Source: Candidatus Heimdallarchaeota archaeon (GTDB taxonomy: Archaea > Asgardarchaeota > Heimdallarchaeia > Heimdallarchaeales > Heimdallarchaeaceae). From it: DNA of 44,583 nucleotides. How positions within the stretch are numbered: the first letter of the stretch is position 1; every line of letters begins with the position of its first letter. The notes under the pieces were generated by a model that was given only the letters and a program-made list of their open reading frames with translations, did not search any database and was not told the DNA's origin. A program made the translations under genes and the position numbers. This document shows, piece after piece, positions 26,591 through 35,564 of this stretch. The DNA is taken from positions 1 through 44,583 of the forward strand of contig JAEOTE010000161.1 in NCBI GenBank assembly GCA_016839945.1, read 5' to 3'.

Positions 26591-27340
26591 ATGAATTTCG
26601 CGGAATTTACTTTATTCTTCGATGATGGGGGAGTAATGAACGATAATCAAATACGTGGTATTCATTTTCAAAAAATGATTGGAGATTTTTTTGTACCCAT
26701 TTACGGTGGAGAAAGGCACCAATGGGCAGAAGCTAATTTTAGTTTTGTACAAGAGATAGTAAGAGAATATATCGAAATTATTGAAGAAGAAAGAATCATA
26801 GATTATCAAACATATCATAATGATTTTATTACTAGATGGATAGAGGATATGTTTGAATATGTAGGTGTAAAGCTTCCTAACAAAAATGAATACAAGAGAA
26901 TCTACATGGAAGCTATGGAGTCTATTACACCAAATGTGAGAGCTTCGTTTCCAGGTGTGATCGATAGTATAAAGAAACTCAAAAAGCTAGGATTTCGATT
27001 GTATACTGCATCAGGAGAAGCTTCTTGGGAACTAAAAGGATATTTGAGAGGTATGGGTGTTAAAGATTGTTTTGAAGAATTTTATGGACCTGACTTGATA
27101 AATACCCATAAAATTAATGAAACATTCTATCAGAAAATTTTTGACAGAGCATATGTTGAATCAAAAAAGGCTATTGTTATCGAAGATAATCCTAAATTCA
27201 TTGAATATGCTCAGAGTTTAGGAGCCAATGTAATACAAGCATGTGTAACAGAAAATCATGAGCCAAGTTATCCGTTTTTTGTAACAGATATGAAAGATCT
27301 CCCAGAAGTTGTGATAAAACTAGTTAACAAGAAAAAGTGA
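26591..27340 (+). CDS. HAD-superfamily hydrolase
   Basis: LFFDDGGVM, FPGV, LYTASG, K, VIEDNP motifs. Confidence 0.85.
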   Translation: MNFAEFTLFFDDGGVMNDNQIRGIHFQKMIGDFFVPIYGGERHQWAEANFSFVQEIVREYIEIIEEERIIDYQTYHNDFITRWIEDMFEYVGVKLPNKNEYKRIYMEAMESITPNVRASFPGVIDSIKKLKKLGFRLYTASGEASWELKGYLRGMGVKDCFEEFYGPDLINTHKINETFYQKIFDRAYVESKKAIVIEDNPKFIEYAQSLGANVIQACVTENHEPSYPFFVTDMKDLPEVVIKLVNKKK

Positions 27341-27413
27341 TTCCACCTTATTAGAAGAGTAGTTTGTTCTGAAAATAACCTTGTTGTTTAGGTCACTTTC
27401 TGGTGAAGGAACC

Positions 27414-27875
27414 TTACTGCAAGGATTTTCTTTTTGCAATAATCTTCTTGACAATTAAACTGAGGAAGGCTAGAAGAAGCGAACATGTGGCAGATATAGA
27501 GAAATAAACAAAATTTGTTCTAGAACTTGGGAAAAGGATTGGATCAATTATAAAATATAGCACAATACTAATTATCATAAAACCAAGAGCTGTTGAGCTA
27601 AAAATAAATAATTTAAGATTTGTTTCTTTATCTTGATGTCCATAAAAATAAAAAAATAAGGCAACAATAAGAGGGATGGGAATACCAATATACCAAATTG
27701 AGGAAGTCATTTTTTCAAGGAAATCTTCTACAAAACTAAAAGCTTCTTCCATACTAGTAATTAACATAACTTGTATAATTACAGTATATACCACTATCAA
27801 AGCTGTTGTAATCCAAGGAGAGATTTTACCTCTAGACCTTGATCTAACCTCTGGTATCTCTCCTTTGGCAATCAT
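27414..27875 (-). CDS. Hypothetical membrane protein (4 TM)
   Basis: Four hydrophobic segments; GAGGTAGG upstream. Confidence 0.65.
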   Translation of the reverse strand: MIAKGEIPEVRSRSRGKISPWITTALIVVYTVIIQVMLITSMEEAFSFVEDFLEKMTSSIWYIGIPIPLIVALFFYFYGHQDKETNLKLFIFSSTALGFMIISIVLYFIIDPILFPSSRTNFVYFSISATCSLLLAFLSLIVKKIIAKRKSLQ

Positions 27876-27996
27876 TATACCTACCTCATTAGTTTGATAT
27901 GCTAGGCAATTCCTTGCGAAATAAAAGTGTTTACCGTTATTGCTTCATCAGTATATATATAAAACCCTTCATGTGCACATTTTTGAGGAGAAATAA

Positions 27997-28470
27997 ATGA
28001 CTAAAGCAATTATGGAAACTAATAAGGGAACTATTAAAATTGAATTTTTTGATGAACACACTCCAAATACAGTCAAGAATTTTGTAGAGCTTGCCAAATC
28101 CGATTACTATAATGGTGTTACATTCCATAGAGTAATTCCAGACTTTGTTGTTCAAGGTGGAGATCCAACTGGCTCAGGAGGTGGAGGACCAGGTTATCAA
28201 ATAGCTGATGAAGTTGACAATCCTGTTCAAATTCATGAATTAGGTGCTTTAAGTATGGCTAACGCTGGTCCAAATACAAATGGATCTCAGTTTTTCATTG
28301 TGTTAAATCCAAACAGCTGTAGACACTTAAATGGAAAACATACAGTTTTTGGTAAAGTAATCGATGGATTGAAAGTAGTATATAATATTGCTCAAAGAGA
28401 TTCAATGTTAAAGGTAACAATAGAAGATGAATCAGAAATTATTAAGAATCATCAACTAAAGAAACTCTAA
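27997..28470 (+). CDS. Cyclophilin-type peptidyl-prolyl isomerase
   Basis: [51 protein letters not shown]. Confidence 0.95.
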   Translation: MTKAIMETNKGTIKIEFFDEHTPNTVKNFVELAKSDYYNGVTFHRVIPDFVVQGGDPTGSGGGGPGYQIADEVDNPVQIHELGALSMANAGPNTNGSQFFIVLNPNSCRHLNGKHTVFGKVIDGLKVVYNIAQRDSMLKVTIEDESEIIKNHQLKKL

Positions 28471-28491
28471 AAATGTAAAAACAAAAGAAAG

Positions 28492-28617
28492 TGGTGGCTC
28501 GAGCGAGTTTCGATCTCGCGACCTCGAGATGTGCTCATCTGAGGGACACAGCTGTTTTTACTAGCCCTTGTTTTCTAGATTATGAGTCTCGCGCTCTTCC
28601 AGCTGAGCTACCGAGCC
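28492..28617 (-). tRNA. tRNA(CAT), probably elongator Met, with 50-nt intron (28531-28580), encoded CCA
   Basis: GGCTCGG/TCGAGCC; GCTC/GAGC D stem; CGAGA-CT-CAT-A^A-TCTCG; GCGAG-ATCGAAA-CTCGC; A73-CCA. CTCA pairs with intron TGAG. Confidence 0.9.
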
Positions 28618-28732
28618 ATGTCTAAAATCATCTCGACGCCTCATTTTTATCTTTTTTGTTTACATCAACTTGTAATTTTCAAAAATCAAAGACAAAGACG
28701 TAAAGGATTATTATTCTATTGTCTTACGTACT

Positions 28733-28766
28733 AAAAAAAGAGACGACTACTATTGAGTTATAGTAG
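28733..28766 (-). terminator. Possible terminator after rps7-rpl10e
   Basis: CTACTAT/ATAGTAG hairpin followed by a T7 run on the minus strand. Confidence 0.4.
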
Positions 28767-28796
28767 AAACAAATAAAAGAAAAACAGTAAAGGTCA

Positions 28797-29465
28797 TTAT
28801 TTTTGTTCTTCGTCTGTCTCGACTTCTTCTGCGGATTCTTCGTCTGTCTCGACTTCTTCTGCGGATTCTTCGTCTGTCTTGACTTCTTCTTTTGGTTCTT
28901 TGATCTTTTGCAATTGTTTTGCGAATTTTCCTGTCTTCTGCAGTTCTTTTACAAGCTCTTCTCCTTTACCTATTTTATATGTGCAAGGAGTTGGGAATCT
29001 ATCAGACGCTCTCTTGAGGGCTTCAATAGCAACACGATAATATCTAGCATATGTTCTCACTGTTACTAACTCTTGCCTTTCTTTTACTCTCGCAGCTCTA
29101 TCAATAGGTTTACCAAAGGATTTTCTCATTCCATCTTGAATTCTATCTGCACCAGCTACAGCCATCATCCTGTTCTCCCTTAAAATGTGATGTGGATGGA
29201 TTCTTATTGTCATGTGATAATTTTCAGTACCTACGTTTCTTTGCAACTGTCTATTTACTGCAATTCTTGCAGCTTCTAAAGCTGTATGTCTTATCTGGCA
29301 TTTTTCTTTTGACACTAGATGAATATGTATAGGAAAATCTCCTTTTCTGTTTCCAGCATCATAAGCTCTTATTCTAGAATCTGGTACTCCTCTAACATAT
29401 TTACCTACTCTTGTATTTGCTGGTCCTCTGACACGAGTATAACAGCGAGCTGGTCTTTTACCCAT
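28797..29465 (-). CDS. rpl10e: 50S ribosomal protein uL16 (L10e) with acidic repeat tail
   Basis: MGKRPARCY, QIRHTALEAAR, HILRENRM..AGADRIQDGMRKSFGKP. Confidence 0.97.
   Translation of the reverse strand: MGKRPARCYTRVRGPANTRVGKYVRGVPDSRIRAYDAGNRKGDFPIHIHLVSKEKCQIRHTALEAARIAVNRQLQRNVGTENYHMTIRIHPHHILRENRMMAVAGADRIQDGMRKSFGKPIDRAARVKERQELVTVRTYARYYRVAIEALKRASDRFPTPCTYKIGKGEELVKELQKTGKFAKQLQKIKEPKEEVKTDEESAEEVETDEESAEEVETDEEQK
28806..28890. repeat. 30-bp tandem repeat (~2.8 copies) encoding EEVETDEESA
   Basis: TTCTTCGTCTGTCTCGACTTCTTCTGCGGA at 28806 and 28836, plus a partial copy with one mismatch at 28866. Confidence 0.95.
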
Positions 29466-29482
29466 TTTTTACACCTTTTTCT

Positions 29483-30052
29483 TTATCTTGCAGAAAGTGC
29501 AATTCTTTCTATTTCTTGTTTTTTCTTAACTGCAGCGCTAGATGAGTCACCTTTTGCTGCTAGAACTAATTCTTCAGCAACAACTTCTTCAACACTTTTA
29601 ACGTTGTTAAAACTTTTTTGTTTTATTGCAGCAGCTAAAAATCTTAAAGCTAAATCTACTCTTCTTGATGGTGAGACATCAACAGAAATGTGTTGAGCAA
29701 CGCCTCCATAAGTAAGACGAGTGGTTTCTTCTCTAGGAGCTACATTACTAATAGCATCAGCTAATACTTGAACGGGATTTTGTCCTGTTCTTTCGTGTAT
29801 TATTTCAAATGCTACTCTCACTATGTTGATCGATCTTTGTTTTTTCCCAGCATTTTTCCCTCTACTCATTAGTTTATTGATAAATCTTTCAACTATGCTC
29901 ATTTCAGCTTTCTTAAATCGTTGATCTTGATAACGACCACCAGAATGCGGAAAATAGACTGGACGTAAAGAGATGTATCTTTGCAACCCTAGATCATTGA
30001 TTGAAACTTCATTGAAATCCCATTTTCCGAAGAGTTTGATTTCATCACTCAT
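29483..30052 (-). CDS. rps7: 30S ribosomal protein uS7
   Basis: KLFGKW, PHSGGR, IVER..NKLM, NP.QVL, PREETTR, VDVSPSRRVD.ALR, KKQEIERIA.SAR. Confidence 0.97.
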   Translation of the reverse strand: MSDEIKLFGKWDFNEVSINDLGLQRYISLRPVYFPHSGGRYQDQRFKKAEMSIVERFINKLMSRGKNAGKKQRSINIVRVAFEIIHERTGQNPVQVLADAISNVAPREETTRLTYGGVAQHISVDVSPSRRVDLALRFLAAAIKQKSFNNVKSVEEVVAEELVLAAKGDSSSAAVKKKQEIERIALSAR

Positions 30053-30176
30053 TTACTTAGCCTCTTTCAACTAAATTAGCAAAACCCAATTTGCTTTAAA
30101 AATCTAATGTTGAAAGACAGAAAGCTACTATTAATGGATTTAGTAAATAAAAGAAAAAGAGGAGAAGAGTCTTTGA

Positions 30177-31184
30177 TTACCAATTTAATTTTTTAATTAT
30201 CCATGGGAATAATAGGAAAAGTATCGGCCCCATAATTGCATAAACAACCATGTCTAGTGAGATTTTCAGAGCATCTAATGTCATATCTTTTGTTATTATT
30301 TGATCATATACATACATAATTGTTATAGGAATAATTACTATTAGAATCCTCAAAATTATTTTCCACCATCTGTCTGCTTTACTGTTGTAATCCACTACCT
30401 TACCTTCTACCACATATGATAAAGATCCTGTAGTAAAGAGAACAAGAACCTTCAAGATGTTGATTTCTTGTTCAAATTCGTTAGGTATGTAATTTTTGTG
30501 AAGGAATATTGTTGGAATAGCAAATACTACAAATAACAAAAAAATAAACAACATTTTGATTTTTATCGATTGTTTTTCTATATAGTTTGATACAGATTCT
30601 TCTAGAAATATAAATAACCCAATAATAATCAATCCAATTCCAAAACCCATAATCACATCGGTAAACCAGTGCACTACTAAGAAAATTCTAGAAAATCCTA
30701 TGAGTATTGGCAAGGCTACCCCCACTAAAAGCATTCCCCACTTTGGGATTATCGTCGCTAGAACTCCCCAGAAAGTTGTACTTAATTGTGTATGGCCACT
30801 AGGTAATCCATTGGAGGTTTCACCTGTGGGATCATATCCCCAAAGTTCATCTGGTCTGTCTAAATGAAAAGAGGCTTTTGCTGTTGCTACGACAAACACT
30901 GAAGAGATTAATATTACAATGGTTTTGTAAGCCTTGTTTTTATCCCAAACGTAGTAAAGTATTACCAAAACTGCGATATACACTATTGATTCACCTAAGT
31001 ACGTTATGACCTCCATTACTGTAGTTAATGTTCCATTATCATATGAGAAAAAAAAATCAGCAATTGCTTTGTCGATAGGGTTTGCTCTATTAGGATAATG
31101 TAAGAAAACAATTACCAAAGCTGTTGTTACGAGAGCAGCACCTAGTGGTAAAAATATAGTAGCTATAATATTGCGCCTTTTCAT
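30177..31184 (-). CDS. PAP2-family membrane lipid-phosphate phosphatase
   Basis: K-x6-RP, PSGH and SR-x5-H-x3-D motifs; multi-TM; TATA-like TTTTAAT ~23 nt upstream. Confidence 0.92.
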   Translation of the reverse strand: MKRRNIIATIFLPLGAALVTTALVIVFLHYPNRANPIDKAIADFFFSYDNGTLTTVMEVITYLGESIVYIAVLVILYYVWDKNKAYKTIVILISSVFVVATAKASFHLDRPDELWGYDPTGETSNGLPSGHTQLSTTFWGVLATIIPKWGMLLVGVALPILIGFSRIFLVVHWFTDVIMGFGIGLIIIGLFIFLEESVSNYIEKQSIKIKMLFIFLLFVVFAIPTIFLHKNYIPNEFEQEINILKVLVLFTTGSLSYVVEGKVVDYNSKADRWWKIILRILIVIIPITIMYVYDQIITKDMTLDALKISLDMVVYAIMGPILFLLFPWIIKKLNW

Positions 31185-31265
31185 GAAGCAGAAATTTCTT
31201 TAAGTAATTAAAAGGATTTTGTGAGTTTTATATTTATAAAAAAATAACTCCCTCTCTAATTGAAA

Positions 31266-32306
31266 TTATATTTTTAGTTTCTTGATAAGCCAAGGTATGA
31301 AGAGTATTATGAATGGACCTAGTAGAGCATATACTATTAAATCAACTATCACTGTTATAGTATAATCAACACTTACATAGTCAAATATCATATTATAACC
31401 ATAAATAAGCGCAATTACTACTATTCCTATTGCGATACGTAATAAAATGTGCCACCATTTTTCCTTTTTGTTTTCAAAATTGACAATCTTTTCTTCAAAT
31501 ATGTATGATATAGAAACTGTAGTAAATAATACTATAAACCTTAGAGTACTAATCATCCGTTTGAAATTCTCACCATCGATATCATAACTTAAAAAGACAG
31601 GATCATAGTGAAGAAGAATTACAGGAGCAGCAAGAACTACCATTATAAGTAAAGCATAAAGCACTTTTATTACAGTTGATGTTTTTTCTAAATGCCTTGT
31701 AATCGGTTCTTCAACATACATATAAATAACTAGTATAACCAAACCAATACCAAGACCCATAATTACATCAGTAAACCAATGAACTCTTAGGAAAATTCTG
31801 GAGAAACCTAGTATTAATGGTAGAAGTATTGCAATTATTAGCATTCCCCATTTAGTAACAAATATACCAAGCATACCCCAAAAAGTAGTACCTACTTGAG
31901 CATGACCACTTGGGAAACCATATGTTTTAAGATCTTCAGCCTCTATTCCTCCACCCCATATTGATGAAGGTGGTCGTTCCATTCTAAAACCTGCTTTTGT
32001 AGAATAAACAACCGCTGTAGAAGTTATTACAACTGTTATAGCCCTATATCCTTTTCTTTTATCCCAAGCATAGTATAAAATAAGCAGTAAGCCAACAAAT
32101 ACTATTGGTTCTCCTAAATAGGTTATATATTTCATTATTTTTTCAATAGTATTAGATGAGTTGTTTTGGAAAAAAGTTGCAATGTTGTTATCAATGTTAT
32201 TTGCTCTGTTTGGAGGATAAGTAGTATAAACTATTCCCAAAGCAGTTGCAATTAATGCAAAACCAAGAACTATCATTATAATAGAAATAATGTGTTGTTT
32301 TTTCAT
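31266..32306 (-). CDS. PAP2-family membrane lipid-phosphate phosphatase (tandem paralogue)
   Basis: KAGFRMERP, FPSGH, SRIFLRVHWFTD; BRE-TATA CCGAAAAACTTTTTAAT ~24 nt upstream. Confidence 0.92.
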   Translation of the reverse strand: MKKQHIISIIMIVLGFALIATALGIVYTTYPPNRANNIDNNIATFFQNNSSNTIEKIMKYITYLGEPIVFVGLLLILYYAWDKRKGYRAITVVITSTAVVYSTKAGFRMERPPSSIWGGGIEAEDLKTYGFPSGHAQVGTTFWGMLGIFVTKWGMLIIAILLPLILGFSRIFLRVHWFTDVIMGLGIGLVILVIYMYVEEPITRHLEKTSTVIKVLYALLIMVVLAAPVILLHYDPVFLSYDIDGENFKRMISTLRFIVLFTTVSISYIFEEKIVNFENKKEKWWHILLRIAIGIVVIALIYGYNMIFDYVSVDYTITVIVDLIVYALLGPFIILFIPWLIKKLKI

Positions 32307-32512
32307 AAGCGTTTAAATTTTCTTCGGCAATTAAAAAGTTTTTCGGAATCACCTTTTTCAGCATTTTCAAATTGTATTTTTATTGTATTATTTTTGTGAT
32401 GCTTTATTGTACGTTTTTTCCCATTCTTTAATTTCCGCTTTTCTTGTTTAGTATTACAATTATTAGCGAAAAAATAAAAAGGTATAGTCAAAAGTACAAT
32501 ATAGTGGTAAAA

Positions 32513-33280
32513 ATGACCATATACAAAGATCTTGAAGGGAAGAAAGTTGTAATTACAGGAGGAGCGAGTGGAATTGGCTTGGCAACAGCTAAACGTTTTG
32601 TTGACGAAGGAGCTAAAGTTGTTATTCTTGATTGGAATCAAGAAGAGCTTGAGAAGACATTATCTATTATTCCTGAGCTCAAAAGTGGTGTTTTTGCAGA
32701 TGTGAGTAATCCAGATGAAGTCAAGAGTGCCTTTAAGAAAATAGACGAGATTTTAGGAGGGATTGACATTCTAATTTCTAATGCAGGAATTTGTTTTCGT
32801 AGCCCATTTTTGAAAATTGACTATGAACAATGGTCAAAGGTTCTCCGTGTTAATCTAGATGGGATGTTTCTCTGCTCGAAAGAAGCAATAATAAGAATGA
32901 AAAAACAACGTTCTGGAGTTGTTTTGTTAATGGCTTCTACAAATGGAATCGAAGGTCACCCATTGTATGCAGATTACAACAGCTCAAAGGCTGGAGTAAT
33001 TCTTTTAGCAAAATCATTAGCATTAGAATTTGCCCCATGGTTAAGAGTAAATGCTGTTTGTCCTGGTTATGTCCTTACACCAATGCAAAAAGCTGAATAT
33101 ACTCCTGAAATGCTAGAGATTGTTAATTCCAAAATCCCCTTAAAACGTCATGCTGAACCAGAGGAAGTGGCAGCTTTATTTGCGTTTCTTGCATCTTCTG
33201 AAGCAGCTTTTATAACTGGGCAAGCTATTGCTATTGATGGAGGGGAAACAGCAGGACTCTACACACCTATGGAGGAGTAA
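32513..33280 (+). CDS. Short-chain dehydrogenase/reductase
   Basis: TGGASGIG, SNAG, YNSSK, RVNAVCPG, ITGQ..IDGG. Start revised to ATG 32513. Confidence 0.93.
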   Translation: MTIYKDLEGKKVVITGGASGIGLATAKRFVDEGAKVVILDWNQEELEKTLSIIPELKSGVFADVSNPDEVKSAFKKIDEILGGIDILISNAGICFRSPFLKIDYEQWSKVLRVNLDGMFLCSKEAIIRMKKQRSGVVLLMASTNGIEGHPLYADYNSSKAGVILLAKSLALEFAPWLRVNAVCPGYVLTPMQKAEYTPEMLEIVNSKIPLKRHAEPEEVAALFAFLASSEAAFITGQAIAIDGGETAGLYTPMEE

Positions 33281-33321
33281 GTTAAAGATTCCAAAAGTGC
33301 AAGATACAGAGGTAAAAATGT

Positions 33322-34113
33322 ATGAATAATAAAAAGAACCAAATTTTAAATCTCATATCTTTAGATAATAAAACCGCTATAGTTACTGGTGCGGCTTCTG
33401 GTATTGGGTTAGCAACAGCAAAACTTTTCGCAGAAATGGGAGCTAATGTGGCTTTAATAGATATCAACGAATCAGATGGTATAAAGGTAACAGAACAAAT
33501 AAAGGAATTAGGAGGAAAAGCAAAATTCTTCCTTTGTGAAGTAACATCTGATTCTGATTGTAAGAAGACAGTTGATGTAATTTATGAAGAGTTTGGAAAA
33601 ATAGATATTCTGTTCAATAATGCTGGTATAATCCTTCGCAAGAACGTTTTAGAGTTAGATGAAAAGGATTGGGATTTAACTATAGATGTTAACTTAAAAT
33701 CGATTTATTTACTTTCTCGACATGTGATACCAATCATGATTAAAAACAAAGGAGGGACCATCATTAACACTGGATCAGGTTGGGGTATTAAGGGAGGGGT
33801 TAATGCTGTCGCTTATTGTGCTGCTAAAGGAGGTGTTGTAAATATGACTCGAGCAATGGCAATCGATCACGGTAAACACGGAATTCGTGTTAACTGTGTT
33901 TGCCCTGGTGATGTTGATACACCACTTTTGCGAGGAGAAGCAGAACAGTTAGGTATTGAGGAAGATATTTTTATGAAAGAAGCTGCAGAACGTCCTCTAG
34001 GTCGTGTAGGTAGCCCTCAAGACGTTGCTTATACTGTTCTTTACTTGGCTAGTGACCTTTCTAGTTGGGTTACTGGTAGCTCTATAATTGTTGATGGTGG
34101 GGGTTTAGCTTAG
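33322..34113 (+). CDS. Short-chain dehydrogenase/reductase
   Basis: TGAASGIG, NNAG, YCAAK, RVNCVCPG, VTG..VDGG. Confidence 0.93.
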   Translation: MNNKKNQILNLISLDNKTAIVTGAASGIGLATAKLFAEMGANVALIDINESDGIKVTEQIKELGGKAKFFLCEVTSDSDCKKTVDVIYEEFGKIDILFNNAGIILRKNVLELDEKDWDLTIDVNLKSIYLLSRHVIPIMIKNKGGTIINTGSGWGIKGGVNAVAYCAAKGGVVNMTRAMAIDHGKHGIRVNCVCPGDVDTPLLRGEAEQLGIEEDIFMKEAAERPLGRVGSPQDVAYTVLYLASDLSSWVTGSSIIVDGGGLA

Positions 34114-34151
34114 ATTAGATTTGATACATTCAAAATACTGGAGTTTTTATT

Positions 34152-35564
34152 ATGAATAAAAAGAAAAACATAATTCATCCTTACATTCCTAATTCTGTTC
34201 CCGAAATAAAAACAAAAATGCTTGAAGAAATTGGTGTAGAAGATATTGAAACTCTTTATGAAGACATTCCTGAGATCTTAAGGTTTAAAGATGAAATGAA
34301 TTTGCCAAATCCTTTTCTCTCTGAAATTGAACTGAAAAAACATGTTGAACAAATTCTTGCTAAAAATCAAACATGCCAAGAAAACCTTAGTTTTTTAGGT
34401 GGAGATTGTTGGCAACATTATGTTCCAGCGATATGCGATGAAATTAATCAACGTTCTGAATTTTTGACTGCTTATGCAGGAGAACCTTATGAGGATCATG
34501 GAAGATTTCAATCTCTTTTCGAGTATGCTAGCATGATGGGAGAACTTCTAAATATGGACGTTGTAAATGTTCCAACATATGATTGGGGACAAGCAGCAAG
34601 CACTTCTTTAAGAATGGCTGCAAGAATTACAGGACGTACTGAAGCACTAGTTGCGGAATCCATCTCACCAGATAGACTATTAATAATCAAAAATTATTGT
34701 AAACCAATTATAAAAATTCAATTAGTTAAATATAACGAAAAAACTGGAAAACTTGATTTAGATGACTTAAAAACTAAAATATCATCTAACACTGCTGCAA
34801 TCTATTTTGAGAACCCTTCTTATCATGGCTGTATTGAAGATCAAGGCAAGATTATTTCAGATATCGCACACGAATATGGTGCATTAAGTCTTGTAGGCGT
34901 AGACCCTATTTCTTTGGGAATACTGATTCCCCCAAATAATTACGGAGCTGATATTGTTTGTGGAGACATTCAAGGATTAGGTATGCATATGCAATATGGA
35001 GGAGGACATGCGGGTTTCATTGCTACTAGAGATGAAGAAAAATATGTTATGGAATATCCTTCTCGGCTTTTTGGTATAACTACTACAGCTGTAGAAGGTG
35101 AACATGGTTTTGGTGATGTTACTTATGATAGAACATCCTTTCATGATAGAATTGAGGGTAAAGAGTTCATTGGAACAGCTGCTGCTTTATGGGGAATTAC
35201 CGCAGGAGTGTATTTAGCACTTGTTGGTCCTCAAGGTATGCAAGAATTAGGGAAATTAATCGTTCAGAGATCCCAATATGCTATGAAGAAACTATCAGAG
35301 ATTGATGGTTTAAATATTCCATTTAATGAGACATCTCACTTCAAAGAATTTGTTATAGACTTTAGCACCTCAGGCAAAACAACTAAGGAAATAAACAAAT
35401 CTTTACTCAAGAAAGGTATTTTTGGTGGGAAAGATATCTCTAGCGAGTTTCCTGAATTGGGAAACTGTGCGGTTTATTGTGTTACTGAAACTCATACCAA
35501 AGAAGACATTGATAGACTTGTCCAAGCGGTAATTGATTGTTTGAAAGAGGAGGAGATAAAATGA
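34152..35564 (+). CDS. gcvPA: Glycine cleavage P-protein subunit 1-like (divergent)
   Basis: HPYIP, SFLGG..HYVP, RSEFLTAY, GADIVCGD.Q.LG..YGG, VTE.HTKEDID. Confidence 0.85.
   Translation: MNKKKNIIHPYIPNSVPEIKTKMLEEIGVEDIETLYEDIPEILRFKDEMNLPNPFLSEIELKKHVEQILAKNQTCQENLSFLGGDCWQHYVPAICDEINQRSEFLTAYAGEPYEDHGRFQSLFEYASMMGELLNMDVVNVPTYDWGQAASTSLRMAARITGRTEALVAESISPDRLLIIKNYCKPIIKIQLVKYNEKTGKLDLDDLKTKISSNTAAIYFENPSYHGCIEDQGKIISDIAHEYGALSLVGVDPISLGILIPPNNYGADIVCGDIQGLGMHMQYGGGHAGFIATRDEEKYVMEYPSRLFGITTTAVEGEHGFGDVTYDRTSFHDRIEGKEFIGTAAALWGITAGVYLALVGPQGMQELGKLIVQRSQYAMKKLSEIDGLNIPFNETSHFKEFVIDFSTSGKTTKEINKSLLKKGIFGGKDISSEFPELGNCAVYCVTETHTKEDIDRLVQAVIDCLKEEEIK

Noticed and set aside
28492-28617. Calling the CAU tRNA the initiator
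   Set aside because: It lacks A1-U72 and the three G-C anticodon-stem pairs.
28806-28890. 30-bp repeats as a possible CRISPR array
   Set aside because: Head-to-tail with no spacers and in frame within rpl10e.
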